Assembly (NCBI GenBank): GCA_002633005.1
Contig: NMRA01000224.1
Coordinates: 462,781-526,780 of the forward strand
Length of the DNA stretch: 64,000 bases
From: Phoronis australis
Lineage: Eukaryota; Animalia; Phoronida
Direction of reading: 5' to 3'
In this document: in pieces, positions 38,201 through 49,194 of the stretch
Position numbering within the stretch: the first letter of the stretch is position 1
Layout: each line of letters opens with the position of its first letter
Translations under genes and position numbers: made by a program
The notes under the pieces: model-generated
The model's input: only the letters and a program-made list of their open reading frames with translations
Told to the model about the DNA's origin: nothing
Databases searched by the model: none

Positions 38201-40500
38201 AGTCTGATTCCCATCCAAGGGAAACCAAGTCTAGAGGGGTTTGGATGGCAGAGAGACACCGACCAACAATGGACACCTTACTGGACAGACATGTCTCCAA
38301 AGCCTGTCAACAGCTCATTAAGTGCGGTTGCAAAAGCGTACCACTATGCGGCAAGAGATGTCGATGTAAAAGCAATTCTTTAGCATGCACAGCACTTTGC
38401 GAGTGCCAGGGAACATGCCGGTAACATGGTTTGTTATGGACCAAAGGAACGAATGAATTAATTGAATTGTGTGAGCTCTACTTGCAATTTGACATTAATC
38501 CGTTTTATTGTGTTGATATTATAAGCAGTTGAAAATACGTTTACAACATTGTGAATATGTGGACAGGGGCTACATGTAACACAATACTGACAAGGGTCGG
38601 ACAGTTATCAAAGCTGGCCCCTGAGTTCATGGTAGTCTGTCAAGTTCTATACATATATTGGCCTCTTTATTATAATATGCACTGAATTTTCATACTAATT
38701 GTTCAAATGGGTGATAAATCAGTTCATTTTTAATAAGAAAACCGATTTGTTTTGGTAAGATTAGTTTTGAATCAGATCAACGTTATGGTTTCGTTAAAAT
38801 TACAGTCAGTTAGTTAAAGTTTGGCGGCCATGTTGGATTTATGCAAATGAGGTGTCTTAACATTATGAGGACAACATGTTACAATGTCATTTTAATAGTT
38901 TTTTATTTAATAAAGTACCTTTACCTAGCCTAAAATGTGTTATTATCTCTCAAGCAACCATGGATTGTATTGCTTGGCGGCCATTTTGTTTTTCGAGATT
39001 TGACCTTGACCTTGACCTCAACATTTGGGCAACCGATCCCCATGAGAATCAGCGTGTCAAAAAGTACTAGTGTGCCAAATTTGTTGCTTTAATTCGAGGT
39101 GGAAACGTTTTCTGGTTAAGGGCCTGGACTTTTAATCTGAGAACAAATAAAAACACAAACGCCTCCACAGGCATCCCTGTACGTGGAAAAGGTACTTCTA
39201 AGCTTATAGCAACATGACTGATGGTTAATCAGTGTGATACATAATTTGCCGAAAAGCATGCGGCATATGGAGGACCTATGGTTTGATCACAATCTCTACT
39301 TGGCCATCGGTATTGTCTAAGGCCTGGGCAGCCAAGGGACAGAACAAGTCAAGAAAACAACTCATAATACTGAACACACTTGGAGAACGCTGAGATGTAC
39401 CTTTCAAAAACACATACCTGTTTTTCAAAGCTATAAAGTTGTTATTTCTTTCTCTTTCTTGAACCGTGGTCGATAATATGCCTTTCCTGCTCACAAATGA
39501 TGCACTCATGTTTCAGAATGTTCCGATCTTGTTCAGGTTAATTTGGTGTTTCAGATTTTGGAAGTATAATTGATTTTCTTTGGTAATCATGGATAACATC
39601 TGTGTAACTTTCAGTAGCTTCAGCTTTAGCACTACTGCTGGTGTCTTGTAACGTTGTTATTGGTTTCTATGTCCTTCCAATTTTCGATCGAACACTTAGA
39701 CTTCAAAATTTTTTACAGTTGGACCATTGTATAACGATTCATACTCGTTCTTCCATTAATTATAAACACATTGGTTATTGGTTATAACGTTTCCAGTATC
39801 ATCGTGTACCTCCATGGGTATTCTCTTTCTAAAGGAGGGTCCCAAGTTCTTAATATACTTGGTATTTTTTAATTTAGCAAGAACACTCAACATTGCTTTT
39901 GTTAAAGACAGGATGTCGCAAGGGTTTCAGGACTTAACTCACAAAATTATTCATCATAAAATACTAGCCAAATAACCGACACTGTCATGGTATGGACCTT
40001 GACACTGTAGTGAGCAACATCTCACGAGGTGTTACTGCACTATTCGTGAGCGCTAGGACGATTCCTAATGAGCTATTGCACTATCTAATTAATGTGAATC
40101 GCATGGGCAAATAACTGCACTAATGTTGCTTTTGTTCCAATCGTCGGTTCTTCATTGAGTAATTCTAAACGTGAAGGGGGCAACGTTGTCTAATCTGCTA
40201 CCCTCATCTTTCTCGCTGCAGCGCACAACTCACTACCTTTCCCGTGTGAACTTTAATTCAAATATAACTTACGCATTGCAGGGCTCTTGACGCTAAGTGT
40301 TGATACTAGGGGCAAGTTCTCCCCGTTTTCTTTTCAGTAAGTTGTGCTTATATAAGTAGAGGCCAAAACCTGTATATGCTCACGTGCACAAGCAATTAGG
40401 CTGTGACGTATAGAATTCCGTCAAAACCATGTTTATTACAGATACATATCAAGAGAGGGCGCTTGTGTGCTCATGAATTTCATTACACCTGCCACTATAC

Positions 40501-40608
40501 CGTTTGTACATGCTCCAAGTAGAGTTATGATATTTGGATGACGCCCTACGTATATAAGTTGTTCCATTTCAAGCTTGAGCGATAGCAATTCCTCTTTTGT
40601 GCCATTTT
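40501..40608 (-). CDS. RTK exon: alphaC helix/subdomain IV (ENGTKEELLSLKLEMEQLIYVGRHPNIITLLGACTN)
   Basis: ttttcag/gtatag splice sites, 108 nt, phase 1->1. 'GRHPNIITLLGACT' is FGFR-like. Not in the supplied ORF track; translated by hand. Confidence 0.93.
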
Positions 40609-40843
40609 CTGAAAAAACAAGACCACAAACTCTGAATCAAATGAGGAGTTACATGTTTAAAACTGCCATAAAACCTTCCGACAAAAATTAAATGAAAAAT
40701 AAAAAACATAGACAGAACATTATTTCTGCTACCAACAGGAACGTAGAAATTATTAGCGCTTCAGAATTCATAGCGGAAGTGAAAATAGCGCATGTGCGGT
40801 TTGCTTTTGACTGGAGTTGGTAACGGAAATGGAATCCTACTAA

Positions 40844-40993
40844 CAGTGCTGTAGTGGCAAAATTAGAGGTAAGTAGGCGCCCAAAGCCCACCGTATCGCC
40901 TTGAACACTGAATGTAACTTGCGGTGCGTAGGCGTTACGTTCAAATGCCAAAAGGTGGTCGCCTACGTGCGCCTACTCCCCACTACAGCACTG
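40844..40993. mobile_element. hAT-type MITE
   Basis: 14-bp TIR cagtgctgtagtgg / ccactacagcactg with 8-bp TSD CCTACTAA/CCTAGTAA. Confidence 0.8.
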
Positions 40994-41686
40994 CCTAGTA
41001 AGGTAAGGGATACTACGAGACCGAGTAAACAACCTAGTTTAGATTTTCGATTTTTAGCCAGCTAAACGGGACGAACTCCAGCTTTAAGTTTTGAAATTGG
41101 TCTCAATTTGTTTCTTTCTCCTGGTCTTCGGAAGAAGCCATAATTCACCACTGTTCGAGACGAGGCTCGTAAGTCAGCGTGACATTCAATAGGAATGTTT
41201 AGCATTTCATCATTTTGACGTTTTGGACACAGTGTGACGGCATGTCTATTCTTATATCTGGGTCCAAATTATGTCATCTACAGTCATGATCACTAAACAT
41301 CCGAATTCGGTGTCGAGCATATTCGCAAGCAGTAAAGAATCGTCAGCTAAGAAATCCCTTCTAATCTGAGTGATGATTGAGGCTAAAACGAGAGACAAAA
41401 CAGTTACACGCAATGCTTCGTCATTCATCAAGTTCCCTCTGACCCAAGTCCTCTGGTGACCGAACAAACACAATGGAACTAGGTGCAGCTAACAGTAATT
41501 CACGAAGCATTCATTCATGGGACATTTACTGAGGGAAGCGTTGAGTCTTGCTTTACAAACTGAGGAAAGTGGTGTAAATCAAATGTTACGATTTTTGTTA
41601 ACGGCTGACTTATAGACGTTTGAATTTTGTAATTCTGCAATTTTTACATTACAAATTCTAATTGTTTTCTTTTCTGTCCCATATAC

Positions 41687-41927
41687 CTCGAACAGTCTTT
41701 ACAGCCACTTTCACTGGCTCTGAAGTATCACGTGACTGAGCCCATCCTTCGTACACCAACCCGAAGGCACCTTCTCCTATACGTTGTCCAACTTTTAACG
41801 ACTCCCGCGGTAGCTCCCAATTGACTGCGCTGTGATGGTATTCCATATCGGACACACATAATTCAATGTCGTTGCCTGGACTTTCACAAAAGATACCATT
41901 GACCGTCAAAAGGCGCTGACTGAAACC
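41687..41927 (-). CDS. RTK exon: juxtamembrane, Gly loop and catalytic Lys (...WELPRESLKVGQRIGEGAFGLVYEG...VKVAVKTVR)
   Basis: ttttag/gtatat splice sites, 241 nt, phase 0->1. WE.PR, GEGAFG and VAVK motifs. Confidence 0.95.
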
Positions 41928-42352
41928 CTAAAATTTCAGGTGAAATGTTCTGAAGTAAACTTGCGCGATGCAATAGAGAGATCAACAATTTAAAGTACTT
42001 TCTTTCAACTTTGCAATATGCTGAGCTCGAGACCCTCGAAATTTACTCGGAACCTTAGATTTCTCAGAGAGTTTACTGCAAACTGAATTCAATCGAGAAA
42101 TATCCGAAAAATGGAGACCACTAAATTTTACTTAAAAGGATACCAAACCAAGTTTTATGCTATTTAGAGATACCAAAAACGACTTTCCATCCAGTTCTCT
42201 GAGACAAAATAGTGCTCTCGTAACCCTTGGCAATCCTCAAAAGTTTGGAGGGAAACCTGAAAACTCATTTGAAAGTCTGCTAAACGTTTGACCTACGCTT
42301 TTAGCGAATTACACGGCAACTGTGGAAATAGACCACCCACCATGGACCTAAA

Positions 42353-43646
42353 AGAGTTCCCACCATGACCCTGTGTCTCAAAAAGGAATTTTATTGTTAC
42401 ATCTTAACAGATTTAATAGCCTTTAGTAGACCTGTTGCTACAAAACAATCTAAAAATTTTAAAAATATATTTTTCTGTTATCGAGTTTGTACACAATGGG
42501 TGGAAGACCGCCTCAGCAGCCGTTGTTGTTTTACCAGTGCGATACTGATGAGTTGTGAAGAAAGTCCGCGTGGAGCCGTCTTTTTCAGACATGAAAAGGT
42601 GGGCATGTGGAAACTGTGGTAACAACAACTTGACTGTAAACGTCTTAGTGTTCAAATTTCCTAAATACGTGAAAGTTGCACAAAAATGGCATCGGTTTGT
42701 CATGGGCGGCGCACCATAGGAGCCTGGGGTAGGGCTATAGCCCCCCACATTTTCAGGGCTAAGCCGCCCTTGGTCTATAGGCGGTGCAACACAGGAGGGC
42801 TGGGGTGGGGAGTTTAGCCCCCACTTTTTCAGTGCTGCGCCACCCATGATTGTGCGCCGAACAAGAGTGTGGAGTGTCAGTGTGGAACATGAGATTCAGT
42901 TTGGCGTAAGCCACACTTTGATCGGCACATTTCAAAGAATCGTGTTTCGACCACACACATAAGCGGCGTTACAATGAAGGACTCACCACCAAGTAAGTGC
43001 ATTTGCAAATTTTGTAAATAAAGAACAAACTGCTTCCATTCTAGGGCGAGTGATGCCGGCCGAGATCGAGTGCTACTACAAGTAGGCTTATGCATATTGT
43101 GTTTAGACTGTGCTCATTCCATCACGGCAATAGTGAATACGAGTAACCCAGGTTGGCTGTGGCCTTTGTCAGTAATTATTAAGTGTCTATTTTGTGAGTA
43201 GTGACCACCACTTGGTAGAGTTGGTTGTGGCTCACATATGTCATTTCTCGTGCAAGTGGGTCGAGTTCATACGGTCCGAAACTCGACGAAAGTTCGCTAA
43301 ATGGGAAATCAAATTCATTGTCTGATTCTTCAAGTACTTGAGTATAAGTGCCCGTATCCACTCTCCCCCCCCTGTCTGCATAATAATTGTCCAGTTCTCG
43401 CCTAATATTGTCACTGTCTTCTGACCTGCAGTGTTCCGACATTGCAAATGATTGTCAAGCGGCCAACAGTCTTCCACTCATTGCATCATTTGGCGGGAAA
43501 CTTAGAAATAAGTAATTTTTCTTCAAAATTAAAAAAGTTGCCATTATTTGGCATAAAAAGTGCCTATTTAGCAAGATTTTATGGTATTCGATTCATATTT
43601 AGCTAACTGAAACCTGAAAAAGTAAGAAATGCTTGGTGGGAACTCT
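42353..43646. mobile_element. Non-autonomous Kolobok-type element, containing a small CATGGGCGGCGC-TIR MITE at ~42701-42848
   Basis: TIR agagttcccacca / tggtgggaactct flanked by TAAA/TTAA. The internal MITE is related to 8861-8948. Confidence 0.7.
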
Positions 43647-44901
43647 TTAATAACCAATTTGTGACATAGGGAGTATGAGTTTTTCATTGATTCCTGCGTT
43701 TAACTTTCAAGATTGACGCCAACGATGCATTAAGTGGTGACAAGACGAGGATTGGTGGAAATCATCAAACGGGGGTTTAGTATCCTTTTAAATCACTTCA
43801 ATACTCACCTCTTAAAAAGAGCTGAAGTTCCACCACAGGGCTTTTCATCACTTGGTGATATAAACCAAAAACAAGGGAGGGGAATTCTAGTTCTACTAAG
43901 CAAATCAAATTCCCTTGATGCGTTTAGAACACCGCAGACCGTCTTACCGATTATTTTTCGCCTCCTTTTTCCTTCCTTTAGCAACAGCGAATCAAATTGT
44001 CTGCCATCTTCTACCCTTTGTCTTTGACCCAAATGCCAGCCAACGAACTCAGTGAATGCTTCGGTTCACGAGTTCACGGGTAGATTAAAAGATATAAATG
44101 GCGGAGTGACAAGCGAAAAGTAATAAGTCGAATCTTCCAGTGAATAATTTCTTTCGAATTTGATTTGGTTATCACTAATAGACTGAACAAGAATTTTCCT
44201 TCCATTCTTTTGGTTTATGTCCTTCGGTGAAAAGCCCTGTTTAAGCTCTATTTAAGAGCTCAGTATTGGCTGTAATAAATATGAAGTTTGCCAATAATTT
44301 AGGTGTGAAAAAGTCTACGGCGTGCTCGAAGAAAAATTCAAGGGTGTGCACTTTGTGAATGTAATTTCATTCATTTACACTGATAGAAATTGTAGTAAAA
44401 CACTCACAGTTTTCAATAAGGTATCAAATTGTGAACTTGAGGTTTCAAATAAATTAGTTGTGCTTTATACTTTTTCAAGTCAGTACAAATTCTCAAATTG
44501 AGGAGACAGTGTTGCGCAGTAGTTTGAACTCCGACTCCGTTTGGGAGACAAAGGTTGGAATCCTGGCTTTACTGGCTGACAATCGAGCATTGCACAACGG
44601 TGTCTCCTACTCCTTTGATCCCAGTCTTACTAATTAATGTGTGCAAATGACACAATGCGTAAGCGATTTTTGGGGCTGTGTTCATATATTTATATCAAAA
44701 TTGTCGTCACTGAAAGTCACATAGGCCACTTAAGCCTTAATGTTTCATTATAGAAGTGAATGAGGTAAAAACATCAAGAAAATCAATTATTTGTATTGCA
44801 TAACTAAGGTTTCTTACGGCTGGTACCTCGCACAACACTCGCTTTATTGAATACATTCAATACCTTGCACGATTACATAGCGCGACAAAAAAGCGACAAA
44901 C

Positions 44902-45062
44902 CTCATAGAAAACGTTATCTCGCTGAATCCTCTTGCTCTTGGTTTTTGCGTCCTCAAAAAGCCGTTGGCAGACATGTCTGCTTTTCATCCAGTACATGAA
45001 GACGACAAGGGCACACAGAAAAATAACACCAAACACTAGCAGACCGCCAATCATAGCACCGA
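44902..45062 (-). CDS. RTK exon: transmembrane helix and basic stop-transfer (VGAMIGGLLVFGVIFLCALVVFMYWMKSRH...NVFYE)
   Basis: ttttag/gtttgt splice sites, 161 nt, phase 1->0, with a ~24-residue hydrophobic stretch followed by KSR. Confidence 0.9.
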
Positions 45063-45271
45063 CTAAAATAAATTGAAACATTTTACATGAAAGAAAAAGC
45101 GTCGATAGAACGAAGGGCCATTCAGTGTTAGTTTTTGTCCTCTAAAGTACTATATTTTCCCTCATGGCGTGTTCGAAGGTTATGATAAATTTGTAAGTTA
45201 GTTTGGTCGTTAATAATTAGTCCATGTTTAGTAAAATACCGTGAGTTAGCATGTAGCAGATCTAGTAATAC

Positions 45272-45469
45272 CTAGCCGAACGTTGCTGTGTGGAGTCGTG
45301 ACAACACATGTGAGCTCGCTCATGTTCCGTGACCACTGCTCAAGCTCTTCGCCTCCTAGACACCGACACTGAGTGACGTTTGTGCTTGCCATGTTGCTAA
45401 TGGCGTTCTCGGGGCATCGGGAGCAAGGCTCATTTCCGGCAATGTCTTTGAAGTGATTGACAGGGCATT
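45272..45469 (-). CDS. RTK exon: ephrin-receptor-like (GCC2/GCC3) Cys repeat (CPVNHFKDIAGNEPCSRCPENAISNMASTNVTQCRC...)
   Basis: cttttag/gtatta splice sites, 198 nt, phase 1->1. CP..FK...GN..C..CP.N......ST....C.C signature. Confidence 0.9.
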
Positions 45470-46534
45470 CTAAAAGACAGACAACGGACACAGAAGTTGT
45501 GCTATATATAGAAGAGTGCAGACAACTAGCTGTCTATAAACGCTAGCGCATCTAGGCGCGTATTCAGGGGTTTAACATGTCGATCGTGTAAAAAGTGGCA
45601 GTAAGCCATCTACACGGGCAGATTTGCTCGTGCAAAGCAACGTCATGACGTTGTTGTCCGTCGTTTTAATTCAAGTTGGGTAAGATAAAACACTTGGTTT
45701 TCCCCTGACGGCTATACAGATTCGATAAGCTGAGACTAACACGACAAGACACGAAACATAATGATCCAAGGTTTAATCAACAACAACCTGACAGTTTGTC
45801 TCGAGGCTACCAGTCATATTATTCTGAGTAAAGAACAAAATGATGTCGATTTTATAAGCGACCTATATCAAGCAAAAGTTGGGGTTTTTTTTGACAGAAA
45901 GACACGATGGCCGCGACAATGGTGGCAGTAAAGATACAAAAAGTTTCCTGCACCTTCCATAAACGTGGGGTACGGCACAGACAAGGCACAATAGCATGTG
46001 ATATTATGGCGAGAAAGTAATTTCATTAGGGAGAGTCTACACATTACTTCGTCCAAAATTTGCAATTTTCCCCCTTCCCTCCTCTGTCATCGCCCATCAG
46101 TTGTTAACTCCCCCGTCCAGCCTAGCTGTGATTACGTCAGCACAATCACCCCCTGTTAAAGAAGTGATGGAGTTGGTCTGTCGTTTGTCCCATGTGTACG
46201 TATTTATAATGGCAGGTCCCGATTTTGGTGTTAGTCAATTCCCCTAGAAAGTGAACCAGATTCTTAACGATATGTACTGTGACGGAGACATTCTGACAAA
46301 CCACATGACGACGTAAACATGAGTCGCTCTCCCCTCCCCCTTGAAAAGTCATCTTTTACGACCCTCCTCCCCCATCTAGTGACCACGTAATATATGAATG
46401 TACCCTAGTCACTTCTTTTAGCTTGCATTTAGCGATTACAATATAAAGGATACTGTATAGGCCAATGGTTACAATATGTCTGGGCTATTCTGTCATTCCT
46501 GCTAAAACACAGAATGATAAAATGAAGTTCTTAC

Positions 46535-46617
46535 CGGTGCAAAAGTCTTTGTCGTATTGCAACAAACAACCGCACGGTGTCGCTTCGGAGTTATTGGCCA
46601 CTGTTTTTCTAGTAAAT
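46535..46617 (-). CDS. RTK exon: Cys-containing linker (FTRKTVANNSEATPCGCLLQYDKDFCT)
   Basis: ttgcag/gtaaga splice sites, 83 nt, phase 2->1. Joining it to the upstream exon gives EGF-like 'CTCLPGFT'. Confidence 0.7.
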
Positions 46618-47445
46618 CTGCAACGACATTTCGAATTACTTAATAAGTTCTATTTTGATTCTATTACAAACTGTCATCCTCAGTCTGCAACGGTAATAAA
46701 TAATCGGGCACTGAAATTAGTTCTAAACTCATCTAAACTATAGGCACCAGTTTAAACGAAAGCTATTGATTAGTGCGCTGCTGCCTTGGGTAACATTCAT
46801 GTGAGACTTTCACAGCAGTGTCTTTATGATTCATTTGAAGGTGTTCGGAAATATTAGATCGAGAATTACCGTCAAAATACTCACCATGCAACTGAGGAAA
46901 ACTTTTCGTTTGTTGCTGACCGAAAATAAAGCGCATATTTAGGTCGCATCTGGATGTTGTGCACGTGCACCACTTAATGAGCAAAACCACTTACACTCAA
47001 GTGAAGTGTTTTGTCAGTTTTCAAACAGTAGATATTGGCAGGTTTGCCGCTGAATAATAACTACAGTACAAGCCAAAACGATTTCAGACCCAATGAACCG
47101 TAATTCACCGTCATGATGATATAAGACGGAAGCCGAATTTATCGTCAGAGTAGTCTCCCCTGATGACTAACAATGAAGGGGAATTAACAGGGAAGTTAAT
47201 AAGGCGGCTAAGCCATTCTGTTATTAGAATTTTGTCACCCACTGCTCGATAGTTACTAGTGATGTTTACCGTTAACAGAAATTATCGTCATGACGGAAAA
47301 CGGTATTTTGTCTGATTACTTTGACTTGTACTGTAAATACGGCAAATCACATAGGCAATCTACAATACAAAATTTGCAACACGTTGCACATAGGCGAAAG
47401 ACGGGCGGGTGGCAGACAGGTGGAGCTGTTGATAGTTTTACCCAC

Positions 47446-47536
47446 CCAGGTAAGCACGTGCATACACCTCTTACGTTCACGGCACCTGGTGGGCACTTGG
47501 TCAGGCAATCACTGTTAAGGTTGTTGGCTGGGCAAC
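47446..47536 (-). CDS. RTK exon: EGF-like Cys-rich module (GCPANNLNSDCLTKCPPGAVNVRGVCTCLPG)
   Basis: ttccag acceptor and GG|gtgggt donor, 91 nt, phase 1->2, in frame with both neighbours. Confidence 0.75.
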
Positions 47537-47837
47537 CTGGAACGATAACATCAAAACATGGAGACGGCACTACGCTATCCTTCTTCTTCCTTTATTTGTA
47601 CACATGGCCATCGGCCTCAAGTACAACAAACAAGCAAACAAGATCTTAGGAGTGTTATGCACACTAGTCGGTAATACACAAGCTGTTCCGTTTTTAGATG
47701 CGTAGGATACATATTCCACAATTGAAAAATCTGGATTACATAATACTCTGTGAAATTTAAACAAAGAGAGACTTGTGCAGAGGCTCTCACTTATAAACTT
47801 AACTCTGATTTTGGAAAAAGCGTCGCAATTAACTAAC

Positions 47838-49194
47838 AACAAGAGCAACGCAGAGCGTTGAAATGCGCCCACGAATACAAGGCAAATGGTGTGCTTTTAG
47901 GGTTATTTATTTGTATCATAAAAATGGCCACTAGATGGCGCAAAAACGTGCAATCCATCAAAAAACTGGAACATGCCATATTTCATAACAATGTGTCAAA
48001 GAACTTCAGAAAAAGAAAGGAAAATAGAATAAAATGAAATTCCCACTTAAGTGGGGCACAGTGTCCGTTGAATCCGCCTGAAACTGAAATTGTCACTAGG
48101 GGGCACACCAGCTAGCAGTCAGACCCGTCCGAAAGTTGTCGTCGTTCATTGCCTACATCATATGAATACACTTTCCAAATTTAGTAAATATCCTGCGAAC
48201 GGTTTAGGAGATACAGGCATAGGCGCAAAAAACAAAACTGCGACTAGGAGGCGCATCAGGAGTTGAAGTCGTCGGAAAATCATCATCAGCCGTCCACTTT
48301 ACAGTATGAACGCACATGTTAATCTTCATAACCATTCTTCGAGCGGTTTGGTTGACAGAGGGGTGGACGCAAAAAACAGACTCGAAAACAGTAAAAATGG
48401 CCACTAGGTGGCGCAAACTACGTCGCATCCATCCGAAAACGGGAGAACAACGTCATCTCACTAGTACGTGCCTACATATTGAATTTTATGAAAAACCTTT
48501 GAGGACTTTTGAAGATACAGATGTAAACGTAACAAACTAAAATTGCCACTAGGGGGCATACCGGTAGTCGGATCCGTCCGAAAGTCGTCGTCATCTGTTG
48601 TCAACGTCATATAAATACACTTCCTAAATTTAGTAATGATCCCTCAAACGGTTTAGGAGATAGAGCCATAAGCGCAAAAAAACAAAACTGCCACTAGGAG
48701 GCGCCACAGAAGTGCAAATCGTCGGAAAATCACCGGCAGCCGTCCACTTCATAGTAAAAGCATACATGCTAATTTTCACAACCATCCTCTAAGCGGTTTG
48801 GTTGATAGAGGGGTGGACGCAAAAAACAGGCCCGAAAACAGTAAAAATGGCCACTAGGTGGCGCAAACTACGTTGAACCCATCCGAAAGCGGCAGGACAG
48901 CGTCATCTCACAAATAGGTGCCTATATACCACATTTTATGAAAGTTTGTTAAAAACATTTGAAGATACAGAGGTAAACGTAAAAAATAAAATTGCCGCTA
49001 GAGGACACACCGGTAGTCGGATCCCTTCGAAAGTTCGCTCATGCCGTTCCATCCACGGAAGGAACACGTGTGCAAAATTTCATGAACACATGTCAAGGCG
49101 TTTTGGAGATAGAGCAGCGGACGCCGGACACAGGACGGGCGGACGGAGATGACGGCATAATCCGTCCACATATAAATATGTGGGCGCATAAAAA
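47838..49194 (-). mobile_element. Helentron/DINE-1-like non-autonomous element (HINE) carrying an internal ~150-bp tandem array
   Basis: The 5' end has tttttatgcgcccacatat..atatgtggacg (hairpin) and a (TCCG)-like microsatellite. The 3' end has subterminal IR gtgggcgcat plus stem-loop caacgc-tct-gcgttg. About 8 internal repeats form a ~450-bp higher-order unit. Sister copy at 61844-62891. Confidence 0.8.

Larger units (their letters stand above)
31390..38424 (+). pseudogene. Academ transposase pseudogene: N-terminal Cys/His motifs, DDE core, XPG/PIN-like nuclease with H3TH, C-terminal Cys8 (CXC) finger
   Basis: N-terminal 'WLKCCIC', 'KWHQQC', 'YHNKC'. Core 'TIDNKD', 'AVDQPLY', 'MGGLHVE', 'DQAHEQNN'. 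Nuclease 'VFDGPAIVH', 'IVFDAY', 'FHALTGSDTTSQFYGKGKKTAW'. C-terminal 'LIKCGCKSVPLCGKRCRCKSNSLACTALCECQGTC*'. Multiple frameshifts and stops, plus the LINE insertion. Confidence 0.88.
29787..39131 (+). mobile_element. Full-length but decayed Academ (AcademX) DNA transposon, 9.3 kb including a nested LINE
   Basis: Termini TAGTCCGGTCCCTTA ... TAAGGGCCTGGACT(T), ~140-bp imperfect TIRs and a 3-bp TSD TTA/TTA. The empty site is seen in copy B at ~53115-53135 (reverse). Encodes the transposase/XPG/Cys8 protein below. Confidence 0.9.
25732..39690 (-). mobile_element. Non-autonomous Academ-type element, copy A (ends eroded), host to two nested insertions
   Basis: Segments 25732-27200, 29663-29786 and 39132-39690 are colinear with the reverse complement of 52600-54850. 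They include the Cys-rich C-terminal remnant (ORF 26072-26404 vs 54185-54517) and 'VFLQFCLEFIESKLLTHGD'. Confidence 0.85.

Noticed and set aside
18030-41927. Assigning a gene symbol (FGFR, RET or Trk)
   Set aside because: The kinase resembles FGFR/RET but the ectodomain matches neither, and Trk needs Ig domains and a different kinase signature. Orthology needs a phylogeny.
47920-49010. CRISPR-like regularly spaced repeats
   Set aside because: The sequence between motifs is itself repeated (~450-bp period), the context is eukaryotic and there are no cas genes. It is a tandem array in a HINE element.
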